A stretch of 64,000 nt of DNA from the human T2T-CHM13v2.0 reference genome, Homo sapiens, in assembly GCF_009914755.1 (NCBI RefSeq), contig NC_060938.1; one strand, given 5' to 3'. The notes under the pieces are model-generated. The model was not told where the DNA came from, did no database searches, and saw only the letters and a program-made list of their open reading frames with translations. Position 1 is the first letter of the stretch, and the number at the start of each line of letters is the position of its first letter. Made by a program: the position numbers and the translations under genes. Below, piece by piece: positions 62,731 through 64,000 of the stretch.

Positions 62731-64000
62731 TCACAAATGACAAATGTTTTAGCACTGGGTACTCTTTGCCCAGTCATGCCAAAGAATGGAAATGGCAATA
62801 GTATTGACAAGTTTTTCTCTATTTGTCTACTAGAAATCTGAAAGTTTCCTAGCAACCTCATCTTTCCACTACATCTGACTGAACCCGAAAGGAAGGCTGA
62901 GTATTCCATAGCAAGCTGTTACTTAAAAGATAAAGCAGGTACCTTTGTGATGTAAAAGTAGCAGATCAGATCCTTCAGATCAATTAGTCTCATTTATCTC
63001 ACTGCCTCCAAAGGTCTAGTTACTGAAATGATATATCTTTTGATATAACACGTGGAATCCTCAAAGTAAGCAGCAGTTTGAAATACTTGTTTTTGTGAGG
63101 GTCAGATGACCAAATCACTTGCATCTTTTAAGTATTCAGTATGCATGTTACAGACATTGTTTATGAGTGATTTACATTTATTCTTCACAACAGTCCTGGG
63201 AGGCAGGTATTATACTGCTACTAGTGTCATTTTACAGAAGAAACCTGAAACACATAGGAATAACTTGTCCATAGTCACATAGCCAGTATGTGAAAGAGCC
63301 GATTTGAACCTAGGATGTTGGCTTCAGATCTCCAGCTTTTTATCATTCTATACTGCTTCTCAAAAAGGAGAGTAATTTGAGGGAAATCATTGAGAGTTGC
63401 CAGTTTTATTAGTCTTGAGGCAGTGATTTAAGAAAATTATTTCAGTTTTGTTTTGTTTTATAAATGCTTTATGTAGGCTGGGAGTGGTGGCATCTGTAAT
63501 CCCAGCACTTTGGGAGGCAGAGATGGGAGGATAGCCTGAGCCCAGGAGTTCATGACCAGCCTGGGCAACATGGCGAGACCCCATTTCTATTAAAAAGGGG
63601 TGGCTCATGCTACTCCCAGCACTTTGGGAGTCTGAGGTGGGCAGATCACTTGAAGCCAGGAGTTCAAGACCAGCCTGGCCAACGTGGTGAAACCCTGTCT
63701 CTACTAAAAATAGAAAAATTAGCCACGGCTGGTGGTGCATGCCTGTAATCCCAGCTACTCAGGAGGCTGAGGGAGGAGAATCGCTTGAACCCAGGAGGGA
63801 GAGTGGCAGTGAGCCAAGATCGCATGGGCCACAAGAGCAAGATTCCATTGCAAAAAAAAAAAAAAAAAAAAAAAAGGTTATGTAATGCAAGGTTTGTGAG
63901 GTTGCCACTGGTATTGCAAAGTTTTCTTAATGAAGTTGATTCATCTCTTTTTATACTTCAAATTCTAGTATTTTGGGATTTGGTAAGCAAATGTTCAGTC

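Overview
Primate (almost certainly human) genomic DNA, very Alu-dense and mostly intergenic. From recall this is the 14q32.12 interval upstream of ITPK1. Two protein-coding genes sit head-to-head on a shared CpG-island promoter near the right end. MOAP1 (PNMA4) is on the minus strand: an intronless 351-aa CDS derived from Ty3/gypsy Gag, with two upstream non-coding exons. LYSET (TMEM251) is on the plus strand: a GlcNAc-1-phosphotransferase partner with 131-aa and 163/169-aa isoforms. A disabled processed CYB5A pseudogene lies at ~12 kb. The rest is transposon stratigraphy: many Alus (often nested), two solo ERV LTRs with 4-bp TSDs each inserted near the 5' end of an Alu, MaLR LTRs, DNA-transposon fossils, MIR/L2/L1 fragments, a ~1.3-kb TA-rich tract and small VNTRs. 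I found no convincing new multi-gene system. The best second-look items are a vestige of the ancestral gag end/frameshift region after the MOAP1 stop, a ~370-bp inverted templated duplication of an old Alu with its flanks, several smaller template-switch scars, and the symmetric ETS/CRE core of the bidirectional promoter. Gene and repeat family names are from recognition, not database searches.
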